Assembly: GCA_003154195.1 (NCBI GenBank)
Contig: PMCS01000030.1
Span: 123,446 to 187,445, forward strand
Length of the DNA: 64,000 nt
Source of the DNA: Candidatus Omnitrophota bacterium
GTDB taxonomy: Bacteria > Omnitrophota > Gorgyraeia > Duberdicusellales > 4484-171
Reading direction: 5' to 3'
The notes below the pieces were generated by a model that made no database searches, had not been told where the DNA came from, and was given only the letters and a program-made list of their open reading frames with translations. Below, in pieces: positions 1 through 9,403 of the stretch (positions are counted from its first letter, which is position 1; each line of letters opens with the position of its first letter). A program made the translations under genes and the position numbers.

Positions 1-369
1 ACGAAATCGGCTTTAATCTGCCGGGGGTTAAAAGAAATGGCCAGGTTTGCCAAGGCTTATAAAGTAAAAGAAGAAACCCTTTACGGTATAAGCGGCCTCG
101 GCGATTTATGTACGACTTGTTTTTCGCCGTTGTCGCGCAACCGTTCGGTAGGCGAGGTAATCGGTAAAGGCAAAGCTTTAGGAGAGGTGTTAAACGGCAT
201 GAAAATGGTGGCTGAGGGGATTACTACGGTAAAATCAGTATATAAATTGAGCAAAAAATTTAAAATAGATATGCCGATAACCAAAGAAGTCTATCGTGTT
301 CTTTATGAAAACAAACCCGCTGCCAGGGCAGTAAAAGACTTGATGTCCCGGCCGTTAAAAACGGAGTAA
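1..369 (+). CDS. gpsA: NAD(P)H-dependent glycerol-3-phosphate dehydrogenase, C-terminal part (truncated by window edge)
   Basis: GLGDLCTTC..SRNR and VAEG motifs; frame open from base 1. Confidence 0.95.
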   Translation, partial: TKSALICRGLKEMARFAKAYKVKEETLYGISGLGDLCTTCFSPLSRNRSVGEVIGKGKALGEVLNGMKMVAEGITTVKSVYKLSKKFKIDMPITKEVYRVLYENKPAARAVKDLMSRPLKTE

Positions 370-372
370 AAT

Positions 373-510
373 ATGAGAGGGTGTTGCGTAAATCGGCGGC
401 GTATTGCTGAAAATATCGAGGCCGGCGATTGGACGACAGTTTTGTTAGGTATTGCCGTATTTATCGTTGTTGCCGCGATAGCGGTTTTAGCGGTTGTGAT
501 GATATTTTAA
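373..510 (+). CDS. Putative 45-aa single-pass membrane protein (not in ORF track)
   Basis: ATG 3 nt after gpsA stop; MRGCCVNRRRIAENIEAGDWTTVLLGIAVFIVVAAIAVLAVVMIF*; strongly hydrophobic C-terminal half. Confidence 0.5.
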   Translation: MRGCCVNRRRIAENIEAGDWTTVLLGIAVFIVVAAIAVLAVVMIF

Positions 511-675
511 ACGCTTGTTCAAAACTTCCTTTACACCCCTATAAAACTGGGTATAATTAAATTTTCAGGGATTTTTTCAGGCAGTTTATCGCATGGCCGG
601 GAAAGTCTCGTAGGGGAGTTTGGTTAGATAACTATTTTATAAAGGAAATAAAAACCTGAATAATTGCTTTTTAAA

Positions 676-753
676 CGGGGAGTAGCGCAGTTGGCTTAGC
701 GCACTTGCTTGGGGTGCAAGAGGCCGCGGGTTCAAGTCCCGCCTCCCCGACCA
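676..753 (+). tRNA. tRNA-Pro(GGG)
   Basis: CGGGGAG/CTCCCCG acceptor, anticodon arm CTTGC-TTGGGGT-GCAAG, GTTCAA T-loop, encoded CCA. Confidence 0.97.
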
Positions 754-889
754 TATTGGTAACTCGTAAGGCAGGCGAGGGAAGTAGGCTCATCGTAACG
801 CGGTAGGCCTAATACATTCTTGGAAGCAATAGCGCTTCGCGCACTGTGTCCTGCGGACACAGATTGTTTGCAAGTCCCGCCTCCCCGAC
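754..889 (+). mobile_element. Small tRNA-associated element closed by a 19-bp duplicate of the tRNA-Pro 3' end
   Basis: CAAGTCCCGCCTCCCCGAC at 733-751 and 871-889; internal hairpins; core similar to element after tRNA-Leu. Confidence 0.6.
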
Positions 890-1096
890 GTTTTATTTTT
901 ACTTCGTAAAAATAAAACGCGGTTGTAATTTTTCGCGAAGCGAAAAATTACGGGGATAAATTCAAGAATAATAAAAAACAGAAATTTTAAAAATGTTTTT
1001 ATGGGTAGTTATTTTTTATATAAATATTATTTTTTACGGAGTAAAAAATAATATTTAGGAGGATGTTTATTTTTTAAGAAGTAAAAAATAAACATA
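889..1096. repeat. Cluster of four A/T-tract palindromes
   Basis: 889-919, 925-951 and 1021-1057 perfect 12-17 bp stems with 3-nt loops; 1063-1096 imperfect. Confidence 0.8.
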
Positions 1097-1101
1097 AAAT
1101 T

Positions 1102-1458
1102 ATGAAATATAACGGCCCGGAAAAAAGAAAATTTATCAGGATAACCGCAAGCTGTACGGTGAGTTATAAACCTGAAGAAGTTGACAGCCACCACGATATA
1201 ACCTTTACGAGAGACATCAGCCAGGGCGGAGCAATTATTACTACGGATAAGAGTTTCACTCCAGGAACTGCGCTTGCTATTGTAATAAGGCTGCCTTCTT
1301 TACCGGAGAAGATCGAGGCTACGGTAAAGGTGGTAAATTGCCGGGAAGTTGTAAAAAATTCCATATATGAAACAAGAGTAAAATTTATCGATTTAAGCCC
1401 GCAGTATGTTCAAAGATTAGGCGAATTCGTTGAGGCTAAAAGCGGAGGAAAAAAATGA
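1102..1458 (+). CDS. PilZ domain protein (c-di-GMP receptor)
   Basis: RKFIR (RxxxR) and DISQGG (DxSxxG) motifs. Confidence 0.88.
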   Translation: MKYNGPEKRKFIRITASCTVSYKPEEVDSHHDITFTRDISQGGAIITTDKSFTPGTALAIVIRLPSLPEKIEATVKVVNCREVVKNSIYETRVKFIDLSPQYVQRLGEFVEAKSGGKK

Positions 1459-1805
1459 AGACATATGTCGGCAGCGAAAAAAGAAAGCACCCCAGGCTTA
1501 GCGCAAATTTTATAATCAGCTACAGGATAACACAGGTTCCTGAAAATTATGATTTAAGCCAAACGAAAAACGTGAGCCAGGGCGGCATATTGCTGACTAC
1601 TAATAAAAAGTTTGAAAAAGGCTTATGTCTTGCTTTAACCATAAGATTTCCTTTTATTTCCCAAAGGATATCCGTGCACGGAGAAGTTGTGGAATCTAAA
1701 GAAGTGGTAAGAGACCTGATTTATGAAACAAGAGTAAAGTTTCTTGATTTAGATACGGAATTATTTGAAAAAGTAGGCGAGTTTGTTAAAAAATACCTGA
1801 AATAA
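1455..1805 (+). CDS. PilZ domain protein, paralog of upstream gene
   Basis: RKHPR and NVSQGG motifs; shares YETRVKF with neighbour; ATGA overlap. Confidence 0.88.
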   Translation: MKTYVGSEKRKHPRLSANFIISYRITQVPENYDLSQTKNVSQGGILLTTNKKFEKGLCLALTIRFPFISQRISVHGEVVESKEVVRDLIYETRVKFLDLDTELFEKVGEFVKKYLK

Positions 1806-1856
1806 ACTTATGCTCAAAGTGAAATTTGGGACGATTAGTCCCCAGCGGAGCTGGTT

Positions 1857-3125
1857 ATGATCAAGCGAATCGGTATAATCGGTTTAGGCAATGTCGGACA
1901 GGCAACAGTACGTTCAATTATCAAATATTCTTCCTTGATTGCGCGGCGCGCTTCGGTAAAAATAGAAATCAAAGGTTTGTGCGACGTGCGAAAAGCAAAA
2001 GGAAAGTTCGCCGCGAAGTTTTCCCTGCCCTTCACCACCGACGCGGAGCAGCTCATTAACGACCCGGATATAGATATAATTGTAGAGCTGATCGGCGGCA
2101 ATGAGCCGGCTAAGACTTTTATTACCAAAGCGTTAAAGGCCGGTAAAAGCGTAGTAACCGCGAATAAATCTTTGCTCGCCTGCTCCGGCCGCGAAATTTT
2201 TAGCCTTGCCAAAAAATACAATAAAGCTATTGGCTTCGAAGCTTCGGTATGCGGCGCGATACCGCTGATCAAGAGTATTTCGGAAGGTTTAGTAAGCTGC
2301 CAGGTGAATAAAATATACGGCATTCTTAATGGAACGACCAACTATATCCTTTATCAAATGGCCAAAGAAAGAATAGATTTCTCCAACGCTTTACGCGAAG
2401 CTCAAGGCAAAGGGTTTGCCGAAAGGAATCCTGTTCTTGATATCGAAGGAAAAGATACTTTACATAAACTTTGTATTTTAACTTACCTTTGTTTTGGCGT
2501 ATGGCCTGATCCGGCCAAAGTTTATACCGAAGGGATTTCCAATATATCGCTGCTGGATATTCTTTACGCGGAAGAACTCGACTACCATATAAAATTATTG
2601 GCGGTGGCGGAAAAAGAAAGAGGTAAATTGAACTTAAGGGTGCATCCTACTTTTTTATCCGAAGACCATCCCTTATCGGAAACCTCTTCGGCGTTTAACG
2701 CGGTTTTTCTTGATACCGAACCGGCAGGCGACCTTCTTTTTTACGGCCAGGGCGCGGGCGGGGCCGCGACATCGTCGGCGGTGATTTCCGATATCGTGAG
2801 CATATCTTTAGACGGTAAATCAAATTTACGAAAAGAAATACGGGTGAAATTCCGCAATATCGACGATACGGCGTCGCGTTATTATATACGGTTTATGGCG
2901 CAGGATAAGCCGGGGGTACTGGCCCGTATTTCCCGGATACTGGCGTCATTTAATATCAGCATTGCTTCGGTCAGCCAGAAGGAAAGAGGAAGAAAGAAAA
3001 CCGTGCCAATTATCATGATCACCCATGACGTTAAAGAGCGCGATATGAAAAAAGCGCTTGCCAAAATTGATGCTCTTCCTGAAATCAAATACCCTTCGCA
3101 GAAGATAAGGATAGAAGATTTGTAA
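1857..3125 (+). CDS. hom: Homoserine dehydrogenase with C-terminal ACT domain
   Basis: GLGNVG, VVTANK, EASVCGAIP, GILNGTTNYIL, DKPGVL. Confidence 0.96.
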   Translation: MIKRIGIIGLGNVGQATVRSIIKYSSLIARRASVKIEIKGLCDVRKAKGKFAAKFSLPFTTDAEQLINDPDIDIIVELIGGNEPAKTFITKALKAGKSVVTANKSLLACSGREIFSLAKKYNKAIGFEASVCGAIPLIKSISEGLVSCQVNKIYGILNGTTNYILYQMAKERIDFSNALREAQGKGFAERNPVLDIEGKDTLHKLCILTYLCFGVWPDPAKVYTEGISNISLLDILYAEELDYHIKLLAVAEKERGKLNLRVHPTFLSEDHPLSETSSAFNAVFLDTEPAGDLLFYGQGAGGAATSSAVISDIVSISLDGKSNLRKEIRVKFRNIDDTASRYYIRFMAQDKPGVLARISRILASFNISIASVSQKERGRKKTVPIIMITHDVKERDMKKALAKIDALPEIKYPSQKIRIEDL

Positions 3126-3167
3126 ACGCAGATGATCGCAGATTAAATGATACTGATGATCGCTGAT
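3123..3167 (+). repeat. Solo periodic arm (CAGATGATCG-type)
   Basis: 37/45 identical to reverse complement of 10854-10898; similar copy at 4282-4329. Confidence 0.7.
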
Positions 3168-3201
3168 ATGAAAATATAACGCAGTGGAAGAAATAAAACT
3201 T

Positions 3202-4284
3202 ATGGAAAATAATCACCGAGGAATAATTTTAAATTATAAGAAATATCTGCCGGTTAGCGATAAGACTCCGATCGTTACTTTGCGGGAGGGTAATACTCCG
3301 CTTATTTCTGCCCCGGTGCTTTCCGCTTTTTGCGGCAAAAACGTTAAGGTGTATCTTAAATACGAAGGCCTCAATCCTACCGGTTCGTTTAAAGACAGGG
3401 GGATGACCATGGCGATATCCAAGGCCAAAGAAGAGGGTGCTGGCGCCGTGATCTGCGCTTCTACGGGGAACACTTCCGCTTCCGCCGCGGCGTATAGTGC
3501 CAGGGCCGGCATAAAGTGTATCGTGGTGATACCGCAGGGCGCGATTGCCCTGGGAAAGCTTGCTCAGGCGATGATCCATGGGGCTAAAGTTGTCGCCGTC
3601 CAGGGTAATTTTGACGATGCCCTGAGAATTGTCTGTGAACTTTCGGAAAAATATAAAATATGCTTGGTGAATTCCATAAATCCCTACCGTATCGAAGGCC
3701 AGAAAACTGCGGCTTTTGAGATTTGCGATGATCTGGGCGCGCCGCCGCATTACCATATCTTGCCGGTGGGTAACGCCGGGAATATCACGGCTTATTGGAA
3801 AGGCTATAAAGAATACTACGCGCATGGGAAAACAGCCTATTTACCGCACATGTTCGGTTTTCAGGCCAAAGGCTCATGCCCGATTGTCAAGGGTAAGCCG
3901 GTTAAGAATCCCCACACCATTGCTACAGCGATAAAAATCGGCAATCCCGCCAGCTGGCAGAAAGCCGTGGAAGCGAGAGATGAATCTGGGGGGATTATTT
4001 CCGCGGTCAGCGATAGCGAGATTCTGGCGGCTTATAAAGTTTTAGCGGCTCGGGAAGGAGTTTTCGCGGAGCCGGCTTCCGCGGCATCCGTGGCGGGGCT
4101 GCTTAAACTGGCTAAAGAAGGGTTCTTTAAAACCCATAAGACTAAAGAGATGAAAGAGACGGTTGTTGTCTGCACCCTTACCGGCCATGGCCTTAAAGAC
4201 CCCGAGATAGTAATAAAAAATATAAAATACCCGCCGATTGTCCCCGCAAAAATAGAAGCGGTTATGAAAGCTGCGAGGATGTAA
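3202..4284 (+). CDS. thrC: Threonine synthase
   Basis: [16 protein letters not shown] lysine, ASTGNTS, EPASAA, TGHGLKD. Confidence 0.96.
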   Translation: MENNHRGIILNYKKYLPVSDKTPIVTLREGNTPLISAPVLSAFCGKNVKVYLKYEGLNPTGSFKDRGMTMAISKAKEEGAGAVICASTGNTSASAAAYSARAGIKCIVVIPQGAIALGKLAQAMIHGAKVVAVQGNFDDALRIVCELSEKYKICLVNSINPYRIEGQKTAAFEICDDLGAPPHYHILPVGNAGNITAYWKGYKEYYAHGKTAYLPHMFGFQAKGSCPIVKGKPVKNPHTIATAIKIGNPASWQKAVEARDESGGIISAVSDSEILAAYKVLAAREGVFAEPASAASVAGLLKLAKEGFFKTHKTKEMKETVVVCTLTGHGLKDPEIVIKNIKYPPIVPAKIEAVMKAARM

Positions 4285-4358
4285 ACAAGCACAGATGATC
4301 ACTGATTGAATGAAGCAGATGATCGCTGAAAAAGCTTGAAACCGTTATCGCAAAAAAT

Positions 4359-5951
4359 ATGAAAGACTTTTACGATAAGTTAGTCAACATTCTTGATGAA
4401 GCTGTCCAGAAAGAATACGACGTAAAATTGGAAGCGCCGCTCTGGGAGCTTCCGTCCAAGCAGGAATTCGGCGACCTTTCCACGATGGCGGCGATGAAGC
4501 TTGCTTCGTCGACGAAACAGGATCCTTTAGCGATTGCCGAAAGACTGAAGGGCATTTTAGACAAAGAACTCTCAGGGATTGTCGAGAAAATCGAGATTCT
4601 GAAACCAGCTTTTATCAATATATTTTTCTCCCGCAAAATCATCTTCGATTCGTTGAGCGGTGTGTTGAACGAAAAGGACAAGTTTTTCCGCCGCGATTTT
4701 AAACGCAAAGTTTTAATTGAATTTTGCAGCGCCAACCCTACCGGCCCGATTTCTATCGCCCATGGCAGGCAGGCGGTAGTAGGGGACGCTATCGCTAATA
4801 TCCTGAAATTCTGCGGTAATGGTGTTGAGAAGGAGTATTATGTAAACGATGAAGGCAACCAGATTGATTTGTTGGTAGAATCGGTTGCCCAGCGGATAAA
4901 AGAAATCAAAGGCGAACCGTTTGCTATTCCTGAAGGCGGCTATGTCGGCGAATATATCAAAAATACGGCGCAAGCTTATCTAAATGAAGGCGCGCTGGAT
5001 TTAAGGGAATTTACCCTGGCCCATATGCTGAATTGGATTAAGAAGGATTTAGCGTCCGCCGGCATAGACTATGACAATTGGCAGAGTCAGAAAAAAATCA
5101 TGCAGGAATGCAAAGTCGCCGCCGCGGTAGAATTATTAAGGTCTAAGGGGCTGCTTTATGATAAAGAAGAGGCATTGTGGTTCAGTTCGACTAAATTTGG
5201 CGACGATAAAGACCGCGTAATAAGAAAAGAGAACGGCGATCTTACTTATTTTGCTTACGATATCGCTTATCATAGAGACAAAATCGTGCGAGGTTTTGAC
5301 TTATTGATAAACCTCTGGGGGCCCGACCACCACGGATATATCAACCGGGTAAAATCGGCGATTGAGGCGCTTGGCTATAGTCGGGATATCCTTCATGTGA
5401 TTATCATGCAGTTGGTAACGCTTAAGAGTAAAGAGAAGATGTCCAAGCGTAAAGGCACGGCGATTCTATTTTCCGAACTTCGGGAAGATGTCGGCAAGGA
5501 CGCGGCGCGCTATTTTTATTTAACCAGGCGTAATTCTTCGATTTTAGAGTTTGACATCGATTTAGCTAAAGAAGCCAGCGTCAACAACCCGCTTTTTTAC
5601 GCCCAATACGCCTGCGCCCGCATTGAGAGCATTTTCCAGAAAGCTCAAGGGCAAAACTTTACCGGCGCGGATATAAGCAAGCTTGATGAAGCCGCGGAAA
5701 TCAATTTAGTCCGCGCGATTTTGCAATTTTCCTTTGCCGTCGAGAAAGCGTATTATACTTATGAACCGGTTTTTATCGTCGAATATCTCAAAGTTTTAGC
5801 GGCATCCTTCCATAAATTCTACGAAACTACCCGCGTCATCGTCGACGACCAGGAATTGACCCGCGCCCGGCTGAATCTCATTGCCGCCACTAAAACGGTT
5901 TTGCATTGCGCTTTGAATTTGCTAGGGATAACCCCGGTGCAGAAAATGTAA
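4359..5951 (+). CDS. argS: Arginyl-tRNA synthetase
   Basis: EFCSANPTGP, WGPDHHGY, KMSKRKG, YAQYACARI. Confidence 0.96.
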   Translation: MKDFYDKLVNILDEAVQKEYDVKLEAPLWELPSKQEFGDLSTMAAMKLASSTKQDPLAIAERLKGILDKELSGIVEKIEILKPAFINIFFSRKIIFDSLSGVLNEKDKFFRRDFKRKVLIEFCSANPTGPISIAHGRQAVVGDAIANILKFCGNGVEKEYYVNDEGNQIDLLVESVAQRIKEIKGEPFAIPEGGYVGEYIKNTAQAYLNEGALDLREFTLAHMLNWIKKDLASAGIDYDNWQSQKKIMQECKVAAAVELLRSKGLLYDKEEALWFSSTKFGDDKDRVIRKENGDLTYFAYDIAYHRDKIVRGFDLLINLWGPDHHGYINRVKSAIEALGYSRDILHVIIMQLVTLKSKEKMSKRKGTAILFSELREDVGKDAARYFYLTRRNSSILEFDIDLAKEASVNNPLFYAQYACARIESIFQKAQGQNFTGADISKLDEAAEINLVRAILQFSFAVEKAYYTYEPVFIVEYLKVLAASFHKFYETTRVIVDDQELTRARLNLIAATKTVLHCALNLLGITPVQKM

Positions 5952-6129
5952 GATGGTTAATCATTCTTTGCCGGACAACTAGCCGGTTATTTGGATTCTG
6001 CCGGTTGGCAACCGGTTGTTTGTTCAAAAATGTTTTCAATAATATTTTACTAAACGCAAAAAAACAAAATTTTCTCTTAAATTCTTCCTAAATTGTGGTA
6101 CAATTATCTTCCCTTTGCAAAAAATAAAT

Positions 6130-7230
6130 ATGGAACTAAAAAAGACGCCACTTTACCCAAAACATCTGGAAAATAAAGGCCGTATGGTTGATTTCGGCGG
6201 TTGGGCGATGCCGGTAGAATACGAGAGTATTTTAAAGGAAGCCAGGGCTACGCGTTTGACCTGCGGTTTGTTTGACGCTTCTCATATGGGGGAGATCAGG
6301 ATAAGAGGTAAACGAGCGCTCGAGTTTTTACAGAAAGTTATTTCCAACGATATTACTCTTACGCAGCCCGGGCAATTGCAGTATAACCTTTTTTTAAACG
6401 ATAACGGCACGGTTATCGACGATTTGATGGTGTATAACTTTGGCCGGGAGTATCTTTGTGTGGTGAATGCTTCCAATACGGATAAAGATTTTGAATGGCT
6501 GAAAGAGAATAAGCTTGAAGGCGTAGAGATTGTGAACGAAAGTGGTATTACCTCCCTCCTTTCCCTTCAGGGGCCGAACGCTTATGCTTTAATGAAAGAG
6601 GTTATCGGCAGGGATTTTAATTCAAAGTATATGCGTTTCGCCCAGGAGAATATAAACGGCAAGCTGATTCTGCTTTCCCGCAGCGGTTATACCGGCGAAG
6701 ACGGTTTTGAGATTTATTCTTCCAATGACGACGCGCTTTTTTTGTGGGATTTAATTTTAGAAAAAGGTAAAAAATCAGGGTTGGTTTTATGCGGCTTGGG
6801 TTCGCGGGATATCCTGCGTGTCGAAGCCGGTTATTCCCTGTACGGCCACGAAATCAGCGACGGCATCAATCCGCTGGAGGCGGGTTTAGCCTGGGCGGTA
6901 AAATTCAATAAAGATTTTATCGGTAAAGACAGGCTTTTAGAAATTAAAGAAAAAGGCTTATCGCGTAAGCGCGTCGGATTCATCATGCAGGAAAGAGCGA
7001 TGCCGCGTCAGGGTTATACCGTGTATGCCGGTAACGCGCCGGTAGGCGAACCAGTAGGTTCGGTTACCAGCGGCGCTTATTCTCCCAATCTGGATAAATT
7101 TATCGGCATGGCTTTAGTCGATGTGAATTGTGCTGCGAATGGTGGTGAAATCGTGATAAAAGTGAGAGATAATTTTTATAAAGCTAAAATCGAAAAATTT
7201 CCTTTTATCGTGCCCAAGACATTACATTAA
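6130..7230 (+). CDS. gcvT: Glycine cleavage aminomethyltransferase T
   Basis: KTPLY, FGGWAMPV, FDASHMGE, SGYTGEDGFE, LRVEAG. Confidence 0.97.
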   Translation: MELKKTPLYPKHLENKGRMVDFGGWAMPVEYESILKEARATRLTCGLFDASHMGEIRIRGKRALEFLQKVISNDITLTQPGQLQYNLFLNDNGTVIDDLMVYNFGREYLCVVNASNTDKDFEWLKENKLEGVEIVNESGITSLLSLQGPNAYALMKEVIGRDFNSKYMRFAQENINGKLILLSRSGYTGEDGFEIYSSNDDALFLWDLILEKGKKSGLVLCGLGSRDILRVEAGYSLYGHEISDGINPLEAGLAWAVKFNKDFIGKDRLLEIKEKGLSRKRVGFIMQERAMPRQGYTVYAGNAPVGEPVGSVTSGAYSPNLDKFIGMALVDVNCAANGGEIVIKVRDNFYKAKIEKFPFIVPKTLH

Positions 7231-7290
7231 GAACATAAAAATTCCCCTTAAGAATCAAAGAAAGCCATAGGATGATTGTAGAAATTTTTA

Positions 7291-7426
7291 GCCACTAAGA
7301 CACAAAGGCACTAAGATTATACATCGAGCTAAAGACAAAGAACATTATGATTAATTTCATTATAAATTGTAAATTTATCATTTCGGTACCTGTTATTTTT
7401 TCTTAGTGTTTTGGTGCCTTTGTGGC
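7291..7426. repeat. Periodic-arm hairpin (CACTAAG/CACAAAG type), empty
   Basis: GCCACTAAGACACAAAGGCACTAAGA pairs with TCTTAGTGTTTTGGTGCCTTTGTGGC. Confidence 0.7.
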
Positions 7427-7443
7427 GGAAAAAAGGGGGTAAG

Positions 7444-7818
7444 ATGTTAAAATTCAGTAAATCTCATGAATGGGCGAAGATAGACGGCAGTACGGCAATG
7501 ATGGGGATTACCGATTACGCCCAACATTCGCTGGGTGATATTGTTTTTGTGGAATTACCTAAAGCGGGGACAAAGGTAACCCAGTCCGGCCGTTTAGGGA
7601 CAATCGAATCGACCAAGGCAGCCAGTGAATTATATTCGCCAATATCCGGGGAAGTTATTGAGGTTAACAAAGAGCTCGCCGGCAAGCCTCAGCTGGTAAA
7701 TGAAGACCCTCTCGGCAGGGGTTGGATGATTAAAATTAAAATAGCTAATCAGAAAGAAAGCGAAGGTTTAATGGACGAAGCGCAGTATAGAGAGTTTGTA
7801 GAAAAAGAAAAACATTAA
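7444..7818 (+). CDS. gcvH: Glycine cleavage H protein
   Basis: SHEW, GITDYAQHSLGDIVFVELP, IESTKAA lipoyl lysine. Confidence 0.97.
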   Translation: MLKFSKSHEWAKIDGSTAMMGITDYAQHSLGDIVFVELPKAGTKVTQSGRLGTIESTKAASELYSPISGEVIEVNKELAGKPQLVNEDPLGRGWMIKIKIANQKESEGLMDEAQYREFVEKEKH

Positions 7819-7819
7819 A

Positions 7820-7936
7820 TAACCTAAAAACTGAAAAACTGAAGAAGTAAGAAAAAGATATAAAACTAGTTTCAGTTTCATGGTTTTTATATTTTCTAGT
7901 TTTTAGTTCTTCAGTTTTTAGGTTTTTACGTTTTTT
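7820..7936. repeat. Periodic-arm hairpin (AAAAACTG 8-mer type), empty
   Basis: TAACCTAAAAACTGAAAAACTG left arm and T-rich complementary right arm; same family as arms flanking 19800-20174. Confidence 0.7.
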
Positions 7937-7948
7937 GGTGCATTAATT

Positions 7949-9292
7949 ATGCCTTACATCCTAAACACCGAAGCCGACATCAAGGAAATGCTTAAAGCGA
8001 TAGGGTTAAATTCGCTCGATGAGCTTTTCCGCCGGTTGCCCGGGCAAATCAGATTAAAAGAACCGCTGAAGATCGCCGCCGGCCTCAGCGAGTATCAAGT
8101 TAAAAGCGCTGTTGCTGCTTTGGCGGCAAAAAACACCCCGGTCGATGGTTTTAATTCTTTTTTAGGCGCGGGTTGTTATGACCACTATATACCTGCGGCA
8201 TTACCGTCGATAATTTCGCGTTCAGAATTTGTTACCGCTTATACTCCCTATCAGGCGGAAGCCTCTCAGGGGTCTTTGCAGGCGATTTATGAGTATCAAA
8301 GCTATATCTGTCTTTTGACGGGCATGGATGTTGCCAATGCTTCGATGTTTGACGGCGCTTCCAGTATGGCGGAAGCGGCGTTGATGGCTTTGCGCATAAC
8401 CGGCAGGGATAAAATAGTTGTTTCCGGATCAATCCATCCCGAATTCCGGCAAACCTTAAAAACATATTTATCCGGTTTTGATTTCACGATAAAAAACGTC
8501 GGCTTTGATGAGCATGGTTTTGTCGATACCGGAAGCTTAAACGAGGCTATTGATGGCCGGTCGGCGTGTTTTATCGCGCAGAGCCCTAATTTTTTCGGGT
8601 TAATCGAAGACGCGGCAAAAATCGGCAGGATGATTAAGGAGAAGGGAGCCATTTTCATTATGGTTGCCAATCCTTTGTCTCTGGCGATTTTAAATGACCC
8701 GGCTTCCCTGGGCGTGGATATTTTTTGCGGCGACGGCCAGCCTTTAGGCGGAGCGCTGAATTTCGGCGGCCCTGCTTTCGGCATTCTGGCGACGCGAAAC
8801 GAATATTTGCGCCAGTTGCCGGGAAGGATCGTCGGTAAGACTACCGACCGGCAGGGGAAAGAAGCGTATTGCCTTACGATGCAGGCCAGAGAACAGCATA
8901 TCCGGAGAGAAAAAGCGACCAGTAATATTTGTTCCAACCAATCGCTTAACGCCATCGGCGCGGCGGTTTATCTTTCCCTTATGGGTAAAGAAGGGTTGAC
9001 CGGCGCGGCGCTGAGATCTTTAGAAATGGCGCGGTATCTTCATGAGTGTTTAAAGAATGTAGGAAAAGTTAAAATTAAATTTTCATCGCGATTTTTTAAC
9101 GAGTTTGTCTGGGAAATCGAAGGCGCAAAAAAAATTGTAAAGAAACTTTATAAAAAAAGAATAATCGCCGGTTTTCTTTTAGGCGAATTCTATCCCAAAT
9201 TAAAAAATTGTATTTTGAGTTGTTGCACTGAGAAAAAAAGTAAAGGCGATATTGATAATTTTATTGAAACATTGAAAAATGTAATTTGTTGA
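7949..9292 (+). CDS. gcvPA: Glycine dehydrogenase subunit 1
   Basis: FLGAGCYDH, TAYTPYQAEASQG, REQHIRREKATSNICSNQ. Confidence 0.97.
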   Translation: MPYILNTEADIKEMLKAIGLNSLDELFRRLPGQIRLKEPLKIAAGLSEYQVKSAVAALAAKNTPVDGFNSFLGAGCYDHYIPAALPSIISRSEFVTAYTPYQAEASQGSLQAIYEYQSYICLLTGMDVANASMFDGASSMAEAALMALRITGRDKIVVSGSIHPEFRQTLKTYLSGFDFTIKNVGFDEHGFVDTGSLNEAIDGRSACFIAQSPNFFGLIEDAAKIGRMIKEKGAIFIMVANPLSLAILNDPASLGVDIFCGDGQPLGGALNFGGPAFGILATRNEYLRQLPGRIVGKTTDRQGKEAYCLTMQAREQHIRREKATSNICSNQSLNAIGAAVYLSLMGKEGLTGAALRSLEMARYLHECLKNVGKVKIKFSSRFFNEFVWEIEGAKKIVKKLYKKRIIAGFLLGEFYPKLKNCILSCCTEKKSKGDIDNFIETLKNVIC

Positions 9293-9374
9293 GCCGGTTG
9301 GGATTGTTGAGCCTGTTAGTGCCGTTAGAAGATTTTAACGCTACAACCGGCTCAACCGACTTAACTGGCTCAAC
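9288..9374. repeat. Periodic-arm hairpin (GTTGAGCCG 9-mer type), empty
   Basis: GTTGAGCCGGTTG...CAACCGGCTCAAC. Confidence 0.7.
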
Positions 9375-9403
9375 GAAAACACGATTTTAGTTCAGGTTAT
9401 TTT

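Noticed and set aside
5952-6129. Glycine riboswitch before gcvT
   Set aside because: No recognisable GGAGA/GAAGG/CTCTCAGG aptamer motifs
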